DNA of 6,042 bases from a virus (lineage: Duplodnaviria > Heunggongvirae > Uroviricota > Caudoviricetes). The translations under genes and the position numbers were made by a program. Shown here one piece after another: positions 5,860 through 6,042 of the stretch (its first letter is position 1; every line of letters begins with the position of its first letter). Below the pieces are notes generated by a model that did no database searches, was not told the DNA's origin, and worked only from the letters and a program-made list of their open reading frames with translations. Location of the stretch: IMG/VR virus record IMGVR_UViG_2698536458_000012. The stretch is one strand, 5' to 3'.

Positions 5860-6011
5860 CCAAAGTTTGATATCCGCCACGCCCTGAAGGATGGGGGTTT
5901 TACGGTGCACTGGATAAAAAATCGGTTTCATAGATTTGCCCACCGTGGTATACGCCTGCGATAAAAACTTTATTGTCATCAACGGCAAAAGCAATAATTG
6001 TTCTGTGGCGG

Positions 6012-6042
6012 GGTGATGCTGCCAACTTACTGATTTAGTGTA
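6012..6042 (+). mobile_element. IS1: IS1 left terminal inverted repeat and first bases (element continues past the window end)
   Basis: GGTGATGCTGCCAACTTACTGATTTAGTGTA is identical to the canonical IS1 left end as I recall it; insA would read rightward beyond the window. Confidence 0.85.

Noticed and set aside
5874-5902. Possible terminator after the partner gene (short CCC/GGG stem followed by GGTTTTA)
   Set aside because: Stem of only 3-4 bp and a short T-run; not convincing as a rho-independent terminator.
5533-5994. Minus-strand ORFs 5533-5808 and 5809-5994
   Set aside because: The first is antisense within the partner gene; the second starts with TTG, overlaps the partner-gene 3' end and has no RBS. 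It could be a remnant of a gene truncated by IS1, but support is too weak to call.

Overview
This window reads as an enterobacterial (E. coli-like) prophage replication region followed by a more AT-rich restriction-modification cargo module and the first 31 bp of an IS1 element. All protein-family calls are from memory of motifs and sequences; no searches were run. Four N-masked runs (2540-2634, 2718-2850, 4083-4585, 4670-4746) hide parts of the cargo region, so gene boundaries there are provisional. Left to right on the + strand: (1) a 5'-truncated phage replication protein split over three reading frames (frame 2 to 271, frame 1 through a (GAGGAA)6 poly-Glu tract, frame 0 from 393), ending in a DnaT-like C-terminus; (2) a DnaC-like helicase loader (735-1481); (3) two small phage genes, one with an N-terminal HTH (1496-1918) and one zinc-ribbon-like (1976-2332); (4) a structured intergenic boundary with partly masked small ORFs; (5) a gamma-class N6-adenine DNA methyltransferase (2863-4629) with motifs X, I and NPPY; (6) a 360-aa partner protein (4777-5859), tentatively a BsuBI/PstI-family type II restriction endonuclease; (7) the IS1 left end (6012-6042). 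The main leads are the R-M-like cargo beside IS1, the frame-broken replication gene with a slippery A_AAA_AAC heptamer, and clustered GTAACGC/GCGTTAC palindromes that may be origin or operator sites. No rRNA, tRNA or CRISPR array was seen.
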